The position numbers and the translations under genes were made by a program. A DNA stretch of 32,000 nt, from NCBI RefSeq assembly GCF_008000775.2, contig NZ_CP042905.2:1080001-1112000 (forward strand). Reading direction: 5' to 3'. Positions 8,741-17,619 of this stretch are shown here, one piece after another. The notes under the pieces were generated by a model. The model did no database searches. It had not been told where the DNA came from and was given only the letters and a program-made list of their open reading frames with translations. The DNA comes from Promethearchaeum syntrophicum. GTDB lineage: Archaea; Asgardarchaeota; Lokiarchaeia; Sigyniarchaeales; Promethearchaeaceae. Numbering within the stretch: position 1 is the first letter of the stretch; every line of letters starts with the position of its first letter.

Positions 8741-10087
8741 ATGTCTAAAGAAAAATTTCCTCGAAAACCTGAGCATCGGAAAAGACTTCTGTATTTAGAC
8801 TCTGTTCGAGGATTTTGCACAATGATCATTATTGTTGCTCATGCATTTTCCCATTTAATGTTTTGGGATATGAATTTAATTCCGCTGGAAGAGGTTTCCA
8901 TTATCGCAATAATTATTCTTGCACCAGTTATTATTCTTGCTACAAGTGCTCCTGCTTTTGTTCTTTTTTCAGCTAGTGCTCTTTCCTACAATTTTTACTT
9001 AGATATTAAAGAATTTATCAAGTTTAAATCGGAGAATATTCCTAATCAAAAAACTCAAATAGATATATCATTTAAAGATCCCGCTCTATCCCGGATTGTG
9101 AAAAAAAATCTCATCAGTTATTTAGTTTTATTGGTAGCATCTCTTGCTCATGTATTTTTATTTCACTATGGTTTAAATTGGAATGGTCGAGTTCAACGCA
9201 CATTGTTAACAGGGATTTTGGAAACGGGAAGTTTTACAAGTATAGATTATGAAGTTTTTTTTCAAACTGATGCTATTGGATTAATCGCTATTAGTGGAAT
9301 TTTCAATGTGGGACTTATTGTTCTTCTATTACGAAAACAAGGATATTATAAACCTAAGCGTAATCTCCTTATTCTCTTGGGGTTAATTATTGTATGGTAT
9401 ATTTTATCACCACTATTTCATAATTTACTCGATGATTTATTTTGGCAAAGTCTTAATGATGGTCGATATGGGATTACACTCTTACTAAAATTTATTGTAG
9501 GACCTCCAATGAGCATTTTTCCGAACTTTGCATTTGGATTTGCAGGTATAATTTATGGGTTTGGTTTTGCTCAGGAACAAAGTCGTGCATTTTTCCGTAA
9601 ATTAGCATTATATTTTTCAATCCTTTTTATCAGTGTTTCAGGAACCCTTATATTAATTAATGGGTTCAATCTTTCTCCTGAGTCATTTGGATTATTCCTT
9701 CCCCTAGAACTTCAGATTCTTGATTTCGCAGTCATTCAAATCTTGGTTATCATTTTTATTGAAATTATCAAATACTCCAAAAAATCAAAAAATGAAATAA
9801 CTAAATCCACTCGTATTTGGCAGAGATTGGGAAATGTTACTATGACTGCCTATATTTTTGAAAGTGTGTTATGCATTTTGAATATGAAGTGGTATATTCC
9901 CCTTTGGGAAAAACTTCCACAATCTTCATTAATTCTACATTTAGAAGTTTTTATTTTTGTTGGAATGCAGTTTGCTTTATGGTATGGGATTATATTGCTT
10001 TGGGAAAAGAAAAATTTCAAATTCTCAGTAGAATGGTTTACGAAAATTATTAGGAAGAAATTAGTAAAAAATAATAAAAAAAAATAG
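8741..10087 (+). CDS. Membrane acyltransferase-like protein (AT3 / heparan-alpha-glucosaminide N-acetyltransferase-like)
   Basis: 'RLLYLDSVRGFCTMIIIVAHAFSHL' resembles the 'R..slDvlRGla...m..vH' signature, followed by about 10 TM segments. ORF track start is 8732; ATG at 8741 (MSKEKF) preferred. Confidence 0.6.
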   Translation: MSKEKFPRKPEHRKRLLYLDSVRGFCTMIIIVAHAFSHLMFWDMNLIPLEEVSIIAIIILAPVIILATSAPAFVLFSASALSYNFYLDIKEFIKFKSENIPNQKTQIDISFKDPALSRIVKKNLISYLVLLVASLAHVFLFHYGLNWNGRVQRTLLTGILETGSFTSIDYEVFFQTDAIGLIAISGIFNVGLIVLLLRKQGYYKPKRNLLILLGLIIVWYILSPLFHNLLDDLFWQSLNDGRYGITLLLKFIVGPPMSIFPNFAFGFAGIIYGFGFAQEQSRAFFRKLALYFSILFISVSGTLILINGFNLSPESFGLFLPLELQILDFAVIQILVIIFIEIIKYSKKSKNEITKSTRIWQRLGNVTMTAYIFESVLCILNMKWYIPLWEKLPQSSLILHLEVFIFVGMQFALWYGIILLWEKKNFKFSVEWFTKIIRKKLVKNNKKK

Positions 10088-10102
10088 TACATTCTATGTG
10101 TT

Positions 10103-11968
10103 TCATTTAAGAACAGATATTGTTTCTTCTTCTTCGGGTTCAAATTGACTATTATGCAACTCTGCATAAAAGCCTCCACGTTTGAGTAATTCTTCATGAT
10201 TTCCTTGTTCTACAATATCTCCATCACGCATTACTAAAATTAAGTCTGCATCGCGAATGGTTGATAATCGATGAGCGATTACGAAACTTGTGCGATCTTT
10301 CATTAAATTATCCATTGCTTTTTGAATTAAAAGTTCAGTTCGAGTATCCACTGAGCTGGTAGCTTCATCCAAAATTAAAATTTTTGGATCAGCAAGAACT
10401 GCCCGAGCTATTGTAAGTAATTGCTTTTGCCCTTGAGATATATTCGTGATTTCTTCATTGAGTATCATATCATAACCTCCAGCTAAAGTGTGAACAAAAT
10501 GATCAACATGGGCTGCTTTGGCTGCTCTCATTATGTCTTCTTCGGTTGCATCAGGGTGACCGTATCGAATATTATTTCTGATCGTGTCATTGTAGAGCCA
10601 TGTATCTTGCAAGACCATTCCAAAAGTATTCCGGAGGTTTTCTCGTGAGTATTCACGAACATCATGATTATCCACCAAGATAGCGCCATCATTAACATCA
10701 TAAAACCTCATTAATAGCTTAACCATCGTGGTTTTACCGGCTCCTGTAGGCCCAACAAGTGCAATTTTTTGTCCTCGACGAGCAATAGCGGAGAAATTCT
10801 TAATGATAATCTTATCTGGGCTATATCCGAATTTAACATTTCTGAATTCAACGACCCCTACTTTATCTTCACATTGACATGGAGTTTTTGTTTCAGCGAT
10901 TTCTTCATCTTCATCGAGAAATTCAAACACTCGTTCAGCTGCAGCACCAGTTTGTTGAAGGGTACTAGAAACATTCGCCAGCTGCCCTAACGGTCTCGTA
11001 AATGATCGAACATATTGGATAAATGCTTGAATATCTCCAATATTAATGCTACCTTGAATTGCTAACCATCCTCCTAAAATTGCAACAACTACATATCCTA
11101 AATTGCCTATGAAATTCATGATTGGCATCATCAAGGTTGAAAAGAATTGGGATTTCCATGCAGTTTTATATAAAGTTCCATTATACTCTCCAAATTTCTC
11201 TATGCTTTTTTCCTCCCCATTAAAGGACTTCACTACAAGGTGTCCGCCATACATCTCTTCAACATGGCCATTTACATGTCCCAAATATTCTTGTTGTCTT
11301 GTGAAATATTTCTGAGATCTTTTTAAGATAATACCTAACAAAATCATGGATAATGGAATTATTGCTAAAGATACTAAAGCAAGAAGCCAGTTTATTGTGA
11401 ACATCATCACAAGAACTCCGATAACCGTCACTATTGATGTTATTAATTGTGTGATACTTTGACTTAGAGTTTGATTTATTGTATCTACATCATTTGTAAT
11501 CCGTGAAAGGACTTCCCCTTGACTTATACCATCAAAATATTTTAATGGCATTCGATTGATTTTTTCGGATATATCTTTTCTAAGCCGAAAAGAAATATCG
11601 GTTGAAATATTTGCCATTATCCATCCCTGAATATAACTAAACAGTGATGAAACAGCGTAAAGTATCAAGACACCGATTACAATCTTACCAATTGCGGTAA
11701 AATCAATATCTCCCAAACCTCGAATTTTTCGGACTAAACCTTCGAATAATTCTGTGGTTGCCTGTCCCATTATTTTTGGACCGACAATCATTGCTGCAGT
11801 AGATCCTATAGCGAATATTAAGACAATTATAAAAGATTTTTTATAATGAGACATATAGGAGAAAAGTTTTTTCATAGCCATCTTGATGTCACGAGCTTTT
11901 TCTGGCTTCGCTTTCATCATACCTCCTCCTGGACCACGTCTCCGAGATCCAGCTGGTCGATGCATCAT
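10103..11968 (-). CDS. ABC exporter half-transporter (TMD-NBD) with canonical Walker B/H-loop and degenerate signature
   Basis: Walker A GPTGAGKTT; signature NISQGQKQL; Walker B ILILDEATSSVD; H-loop FVIAHRLST. Overlaps the partner gene by 4 bp. Confidence 0.93.
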   Translation of the reverse strand: MMHRPAGSRRRGPGGGMMKAKPEKARDIKMAMKKLFSYMSHYKKSFIIVLIFAIGSTAAMIVGPKIMGQATTELFEGLVRKIRGLGDIDFTAIGKIVIGVLILYAVSSLFSYIQGWIMANISTDISFRLRKDISEKINRMPLKYFDGISQGEVLSRITNDVDTINQTLSQSITQLITSIVTVIGVLVMMFTINWLLALVSLAIIPLSMILLGIILKRSQKYFTRQQEYLGHVNGHVEEMYGGHLVVKSFNGEEKSIEKFGEYNGTLYKTAWKSQFFSTLMMPIMNFIGNLGYVVVAILGGWLAIQGSINIGDIQAFIQYVRSFTRPLGQLANVSSTLQQTGAAAERVFEFLDEDEEIAETKTPCQCEDKVGVVEFRNVKFGYSPDKIIIKNFSAIARRGQKIALVGPTGAGKTTMVKLLMRFYDVNDGAILVDNHDVREYSRENLRNTFGMVLQDTWLYNDTIRNNIRYGHPDATEEDIMRAAKAAHVDHFVHTLAGGYDMILNEEITNISQGQKQLLTIARAVLADPKILILDEATSSVDTRTELLIQKAMDNLMKDRTSFVIAHRLSTIRDADLILVMRDGDIVEQGNHEELLKRGGFYAELHNSQFEPEEEETISVLK

Positions 11969-14220
11969 GATAATCCCTCCAATGCAAGCTGTGAAACAGC
12001 AATTTCTTTATATGTTTCACATGTTTCAAGTAATTGTTCATGTGTTCCTTTTCCAATAATTCTTCCTTCGTCTAAGACAATAATTTGTTCTGCATTCATA
12101 ACAGTAGAAACACGTTGTGTCACGATAAGTAAGGTGCTGTTTCCTGTTGTCTGCTTCAAAGCTCTTCTGAGTGCAGCATCAGTTTTAAAATCTAATGCCG
12201 AAAAACTATCATCGAAGATATAAATAGGTGGTTGCTCAAGTAAAGCGCGAGCAATGGATAAGCGCTGTTTTTGACCACCCGACACATTTGTTCCGCCTTG
12301 AGATATTGCAAGAGACATTCCTTGATCCTTAGCAAAAACAAATTCAGCAGCTTGTGCAGTAATTATGGCATTCTTCAATTCTTCTTGAGTAGCATTCTCG
12401 TTTGCATAAAGTAAATTACTTTCAATTGTTCCCGAGAATAATGTGTTTTTTTGAGGAACATATCCTAATTTTTCCCGTAAGTCGTGTTGGGTTACCTCTT
12501 GAATGTTGATGCCATCTATCAAGATGGAACCTTTTGACGCTTCATAAAAACGCGGAATTAGATTTACAATTGTTGATTTTCCGGAACCAGTTGCACCAAT
12601 AAATGCCGTCATTTGACCAGGATGTGCGGTGAAAGAAATATTATGAAGAATGTCTTTCTCAGCATTTGGGTATCGAAAAGATACGTCCCGAAACTCAATT
12701 TTTCCTTCAAAAGGGGATGCAAATTGCTTGGGATTTTGTATATCTTTAATTGATGGTTCAGTATTCAGCACTTCTTTGATTCGCTCGACTGATACTGAAG
12801 CTCGTGGTAGAATTATGAACATCATAGTCACCATCAGAAATGCCATTACGATTTGCATTGCGTATTGTAAAAATGCTATCATATCACCTACTTGCATTGT
12901 TCCGTCGGCTACTTCATGAGATCCGTACCAAATTATTGCTAAAGTTAGTACATTCATAATTAACATCATCATTGGCATCATAATAACCATTATTCGGTTT
13001 ATAAATAGACTGACCTTGGTAAGATCGCGATTTGCATTCTCAAAACGCTCCTCTTCATTTTTTTGCATATTAAATGCCCGAATTACCATCATTCCTGAAA
13101 GATTTTCTCTGGATACAAGGTTGAGGCGATCAATTAATTTCTGAACTATTTTAAATTTCGGGAATGCCACGATGAAGACTGTCAGAATAAGGAGGATAAG
13201 AAGAAGTACTGCGATTCCAACAATCCACCACATAGAGGAGGCCTTATCTAACGCCCGGATGACACCCCCAATCCCCATTATTGGAGCATAAAAGACCATC
13301 CTTACAATGATAAATACCATCATTTGAATCTGAGTAACATCATTTGTAGATCGAGTAATAAGGGATGCGGTAGAAAAGCTGTCAAATTCCGCACTGGAGA
13401 AGTTTTCAACTTGTTCAAATACATCTGCCCGAATTTTCTGAGCCATTCCTGCTGAAGTTTTAGCAGCTAAAAATCCAACTGTGACCGTGGCTATGACTGA
13501 AAGAAGGGTAAATAGAAGCATGATTCCTCCAGACTTGAGAATAAACATTAATTCTATATTGTCTATATCTACACCAATTGCTTCATATTCAGCAATTACT
13601 GCTACAATCGCAATTTGATTAAGCATCGTCTCTCCCAAAGCAGAAAAATTCTCAACAATTCCCTCTCTCATCACCGTCCGATTAGCGGGATCAACAACAA
13701 ACTCCAGAAATTGGTAAAAGGAAGATTCTGTAGGGAACATAGTAAGATCGAACCCCAAATCCATTCCTGTATCTATAGTCACGTTGTGTTGTGTTGCGTT
13801 GTAGATTTGATTCAAACTAAAGACTACAGTCATTAATTCTGCCATTGCAGGTTCTAAACCTTCAATGTCTGACTTACTAGCATTTGATAGTACGTAAATC
13901 GATTCGTTTACCAGTATTGGGTATTCCTCCAGATATTCCTCGTAGTTTTGAGAAGTATTAGTGATAAGCGAATAATTTCCCTTAATCAGAGTTTCTTCTT
14001 CGGGAGTCATAAAAAGCTCCAGTTTGTGCATTTCAGTTTCGCGAATTCCTAAAGGTACCGTACTTTCAATACCTTGTTGTTGGATCCCAGTATCTACAAT
14101 ATCCGATAAGTAATCAGGTAGGGACAGATCTAAATTTGCTTGGGCGAATAACAGCACAATGGCCAGAAAAATCATTGGCAAATAGGGTACTGCATATTTA
14201 ATTATTCTTTTTTTTACCAT
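11965..14220 (-). CDS. ABC exporter half-transporter (751 aa) with large extracytoplasmic insertion; degenerate Walker B/H-loop
   Basis: Walker A GATGSGKST; signature VSGGQKQR; Walker B IYIFDDSFSALD (Asp replaces catalytic Glu); H-loop LLIVTQRVST (Gln replaces His). Confidence 0.92.
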   Translation of the reverse strand: MVKKRIIKYAVPYLPMIFLAIVLLFAQANLDLSLPDYLSDIVDTGIQQQGIESTVPLGIRETEMHKLELFMTPEEETLIKGNYSLITNTSQNYEEYLEEYPILVNESIYVLSNASKSDIEGLEPAMAELMTVVFSLNQIYNATQHNVTIDTGMDLGFDLTMFPTESSFYQFLEFVVDPANRTVMREGIVENFSALGETMLNQIAIVAVIAEYEAIGVDIDNIELMFILKSGGIMLLFTLLSVIATVTVGFLAAKTSAGMAQKIRADVFEQVENFSSAEFDSFSTASLITRSTNDVTQIQMMVFIIVRMVFYAPIMGIGGVIRALDKASSMWWIVGIAVLLLILLILTVFIVAFPKFKIVQKLIDRLNLVSRENLSGMMVIRAFNMQKNEEERFENANRDLTKVSLFINRIMVIMMPMMMLIMNVLTLAIIWYGSHEVADGTMQVGDMIAFLQYAMQIVMAFLMVTMMFIILPRASVSVERIKEVLNTEPSIKDIQNPKQFASPFEGKIEFRDVSFRYPNAEKDILHNISFTAHPGQMTAFIGATGSGKSTIVNLIPRFYEASKGSILIDGINIQEVTQHDLREKLGYVPQKNTLFSGTIESNLLYANENATQEELKNAIITAQAAEFVFAKDQGMSLAISQGGTNVSGGQKQRLSIARALLEQPPIYIFDDSFSALDFKTDAALRRALKQTTGNSTLLIVTQRVSTVMNAEQIIVLDEGRIIGKGTHEQLLETCETYKEIAVSQLALEGLS

Positions 14221-14240
14221 TACTTTTTGTTCTCCTAATA

Positions 14241-14834
14241 TTAGCTTCTAGGAATTAAGTTATCTTTTTCAATTAATTTCTCAAGTTTTACTTTTCGTTT
14301 ACGAATAAATTCAAGTTTTTCTTGTAATTTAGATTCCATTTGAGTTATAAATTCTAATTTTTGCTTAATTGATATATCACTTTTGAGGGGATTTGTAATA
14401 GGATCTTGCCAAAGGTGAAATGAAGCACAATCTATAAATTTTTTACCATCAAATTTCTGAACTTCTGGCATTTTCTGGCGAACATATTCGAATTGATTTA
14501 GTAATGCTTCTTTTAAATTTATATAATAATTCTGGCCGAGGTCTGAAATGAAAAATTTATATCTTGGTCTTCCTTGATCATTTTGTTCTTCATTTCTGGT
14601 CAATAATCCTTGTACAAACAAATTATTCATCATTCGATAGATTTTTGATGTTGGAATTGTGTCTTTTCCTATTTTTTTTAAATCATAGTAAGTCAAACCA
14701 TCTGGATTAGCTTTAAGAGTATTGAAAACCAACAAAAGTCTTATATCCTTCCAGAGATCATGAAAATATGAAAAATCTTTACCCCACATATAGAATCGCA
14801 AATTGTATGATTTTATTGCAAAATGATATATCAA
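14241..14834 (-). CDS. PadR-family transcriptional regulator
   Basis: 'GLTYYDLKKIGKDTIPTSKIYRMMNNLFVQGLLTRNEEQNDQGRPRYKFFISDLGQNYY', a winged HTH with coiled C-terminus, directly upstream of the exporter pair. Confidence 0.75.
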   Translation of the reverse strand: MIYHFAIKSYNLRFYMWGKDFSYFHDLWKDIRLLLVFNTLKANPDGLTYYDLKKIGKDTIPTSKIYRMMNNLFVQGLLTRNEEQNDQGRPRYKFFISDLGQNYYINLKEALLNQFEYVRQKMPEVQKFDGKKFIDCASFHLWQDPITNPLKSDISIKQKLEFITQMESKLQEKLEFIRKRKVKLEKLIEKDNLIPRS

Positions 14835-14927
14835 TGAAAAATCGATATATTATTTAATTTTTTTCATTTTGAAATATATCTAGATTGAAAATTTGTGAAT
14901 TTAATAAAATAACAAAATGAAAAAAAA

Positions 14928-15386
14928 TCATAATCGCAATTCTAATACAGAATATTTTTTTTGAAAATTCAAATCTTTGTAAAGATTAAAGCTTCGTTCA
15001 TCATCACTTTTTACATTAAGCTTAATAACTTGAATATCTAATTTTTTTAAATTTTCTATCACAGATCCCAATAATGAACTTAAATTTTCATCAGTTCTAT
15101 ATTTTGGACGAATATAGATGTCTTTAATATATCCTTCTGAATTTCCGAAAGGATCAACTCTTAATTCAGAGAAAATCATAGCAATTAATTCCTTTGATTC
15201 CCCTGGTCCTATTTTGTCTTCAACAACAAACGTGCCTTGTCTCTGGAGGGGATCAAATATTCTCCGAGCAATCCCCCATTCAAATCTTTTTTCATCGAAG
15301 GGTTCTTTTTTTTCACTCACAAGTAATCTAGTTAGTAGTTCGATTTGATCGCGGTCTTCAGGAGTTGCATTCCTAAATTTTTCCAT
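14928..15386 (-). CDS. GNAT-family N-acetyltransferase
   Basis: 'FRNATPEDRDQIELLTRLLV', 'GYIKDIYIRPKYRTDENLSSLLGSVIENLKKLDIQVIKLNVKSDDERSFNLYKDLNFQKKY'. Confidence 0.85.
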   Translation of the reverse strand: MEKFRNATPEDRDQIELLTRLLVSEKKEPFDEKRFEWGIARRIFDPLQRQGTFVVEDKIGPGESKELIAMIFSELRVDPFGNSEGYIKDIYIRPKYRTDENLSSLLGSVIENLKKLDIQVIKLNVKSDDERSFNLYKDLNFQKKYSVLELRL

Positions 15387-15502
15387 TTTTCATCACATGA
15401 TAATTTAATTTATATATTTATTAATTCTTTAACCATTAATTTTTTTTTAAATATCGCTCATAACATTTGTAGTAGTAGAAATTTCATTTTGAGGAAATAA
15501 TT

Positions 15503-16510
15503 TTGGATAAAAAATACAAAGATTTGAGGGATATTCCGTGGGTAGAGAAATATCGTCCCAAACATCTAAATGATATAATTAGTCAAACTTTAACGGTGCA
15601 ATCATTAAGGAATTTTGTAGAAAAGAAAACTTTACCACATTTAATTTTTGCAGGACCCGCTGGAACCGGTAAAACTTCCACAGCGAGATCATTAATTAAT
15701 GACTTTTTGCAGACCGAGAATAACCGGATTCCTCAAGATTGTATGCTAGAAAAGAATGCTTCTGACGAGGTACGAATGGGAAAACTGGACCAAATTAAAA
15801 ATTTCGTATTTCATCGAGGAATAACCAACGCAAATCATTTTAAATTTGTAGTATTAGATGAAGCTGACAATATTCCAAAAGCGGTCCAGTCTGCTTTCCG
15901 AAGAATAATAGAGATGGCACCTCCTAACGTGAAATTCATTTTTATGTGTAATTTTGTAGAAAAAATAATCGATCCAGTCTTAAGTCGGTGTGCAATATTT
16001 AGATTTTATCCTCTTCCTCGTGCTGGCTTTGATCAAAATATGAAATCAATTGCAAAAAATGAAAAGATCAAGGTTTCCAAGAATGTTTTTGATGCAATTT
16101 ATTATATTACATTAGGCGATATGCGTCTTGCAATAAATTTGTTTCAAATGATTGTAGCTCTTCATGAAGATGAGACATTAGACAGTATTCCAATTAATCC
16201 TGATGTGGTATATGAAATATCTGGGTATTTACCCCAGAAGAAATTGGATGATTTATACAAATATTGTGAATCATTAAATTATGGAGAGGTCCTAAAAATA
16301 CTTAATACTCTTCAAGGATTTTCAAGTCGGGGATTATTTCGCCAAATAATGTCCAAAGTATTAAGTTCTGAGCTAAATTTTCCTGTTAGGGAACGATTGT
16401 TAACTATAATTGCTGAATATGATTATCGATTATCATTAAGTGCAGATCCTCAAATCCAAATTAATGGCTTTTTTGCCAACTTAATCTCTATTTTAGGAGG
16501 AACTGAATAA
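15503..16510 (+). CDS. rfcS: Replication factor C small subunit (clamp loader), TTG start
   Basis: 'VEKYRPKHLNDIISQ', Walker A FAGPAGTGKTST, NASDE, Walker B FVVLDEADNI, 'IIDPVLSRCAIFRFYPLP' (SRC motif). Confidence 0.93.
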   Translation: MDKKYKDLRDIPWVEKYRPKHLNDIISQTLTVQSLRNFVEKKTLPHLIFAGPAGTGKTSTARSLINDFLQTENNRIPQDCMLEKNASDEVRMGKLDQIKNFVFHRGITNANHFKFVVLDEADNIPKAVQSAFRRIIEMAPPNVKFIFMCNFVEKIIDPVLSRCAIFRFYPLPRAGFDQNMKSIAKNEKIKVSKNVFDAIYYITLGDMRLAINLFQMIVALHEDETLDSIPINPDVVYEISGYLPQKKLDDLYKYCESLNYGEVLKILNTLQGFSSRGLFRQIMSKVLSSELNFPVRERLLTIIAEYDYRLSLSADPQIQINGFFANLISILGGTE

Positions 16511-16512
16511 AA

Positions 16513-17616
16513 ATGGACGAAAAATCTGATTCTAAAGTAGATTCTCAAAAAATGTATGTTCCAGGAGATTTAATGTCTAGTCCATTATGGAGAATTAAAT
16601 ACCGGCCATTAATGCTTGATTCAATAAAAATCTACTATCCAAAGATATACTCTCAGTTGAAAGGATATTCTAAAGCAGGAAATATCCCACATTTAATTTT
16701 TGTTGGACCTGAAGGAGGAGGAAAAACATTACTGGCTGAATTATTATCACGGGAATTATTAAAATCAGAGTTCTCGATCAATTATAAACTGCTTTTTGCT
16801 GATGATCCTATTGGAAAAACGGAACGTAATGAATCAAATAAACAAGGTAGGATTTCAACTCGTAGAATTGGTTCAGGTGCTGGATCTGTTCGTAGATATA
16901 GGCCTTTTATTCAGATGAGGGTCCGTCCATTTTTATCAAATAGGAAATTCGGGGATGCTCCGTTTAAAATCTTAACAATAAAAAATTTCCATAGATTAGA
17001 TGTCGAACAACAAGCATTTAGAAGATTGATGGAAAAATATTCTTCTAATTGTAGAATCATTATAGTCACAAATAAAATATCTGGAATTATTGATCCAATA
17101 ATTTCACGTTGTCAGCTGATTATGGTTCCTTATTTGCCTTCACATCTTTTCAATAAACTGATTAAATCTATCTGTGAAAAGGAAAAAATCGAAATAAAAT
17201 TAGATACCTTAAATTATTTGAACAAAATAACTCATTTTAATATTGGAAAAGCCTTAGATTTACTACAACTTACCTATTTAACATTTAAATCAATTAATAT
17301 AAACAATCTCTCTAAAATGAAGAGTCAATTGAGTAACACTTTAGTGAAAGATTTATTTATTCAGACTTCTAAAGGAAAATTCCCATTAATTCGTAGAACC
17401 TTGCGCGAAATTTTTAAACAAAAATCCCTCTCAAAGGCTGAAATTTTAGTAGAATTGAGTAGGGTAGTTATACAATTACCATTAGAACGAAAATTGCGCG
17501 TTTTATATCTCGATTTGATAGCAAGAACCGATTTTGAATCTATCGAATCTAATGATGATGAAATTCAACTTAATAAATTACTTTCTCAAATGATGTTAGT
17601 TGGACAGGAGATATAG
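16513..17616 (+). CDS. Divergent RFC small-subunit-like AAA+ paralog with degenerate Walker B
   Basis: 'WRIKYRPLMLDSI', Walker A VGPEGGGKTLL, degenerate Walker B position 'KILTIKNFHRLDVEQQAFRRLMEKYSSNCRIIIVTNKISGIIDPIISRC'; 2 bp after rfcS stop and 3 bp before rfcL. Confidence 0.85.
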   Translation: MDEKSDSKVDSQKMYVPGDLMSSPLWRIKYRPLMLDSIKIYYPKIYSQLKGYSKAGNIPHLIFVGPEGGGKTLLAELLSRELLKSEFSINYKLLFADDPIGKTERNESNKQGRISTRRIGSGAGSVRRYRPFIQMRVRPFLSNRKFGDAPFKILTIKNFHRLDVEQQAFRRLMEKYSSNCRIIIVTNKISGIIDPIISRCQLIMVPYLPSHLFNKLIKSICEKEKIEIKLDTLNYLNKITHFNIGKALDLLQLTYLTFKSININNLSKMKSQLSNTLVKDLFIQTSKGKFPLIRRTLREIFKQKSLSKAEILVELSRVVIQLPLERKLRVLYLDLIARTDFESIESNDDEIQLNKLLSQMMLVGQEI

Positions 17617-17619
17617 AAG

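Noticed and set aside
9850-10197. 115-aa minus-strand ORF (and 60-aa ORF 9871..10053 +)
   Set aside because: Antisense or overlapping shadow of the acyltransferase-like CDS and the ABC gene end; low-complexity FFF/KKK composition.
11846-12223. 125-aa plus-strand ORF antisense to the ABC exporter junction
   Set aside because: Lies opposite two clearly coding ABC transporter genes, with no recognisable motif.
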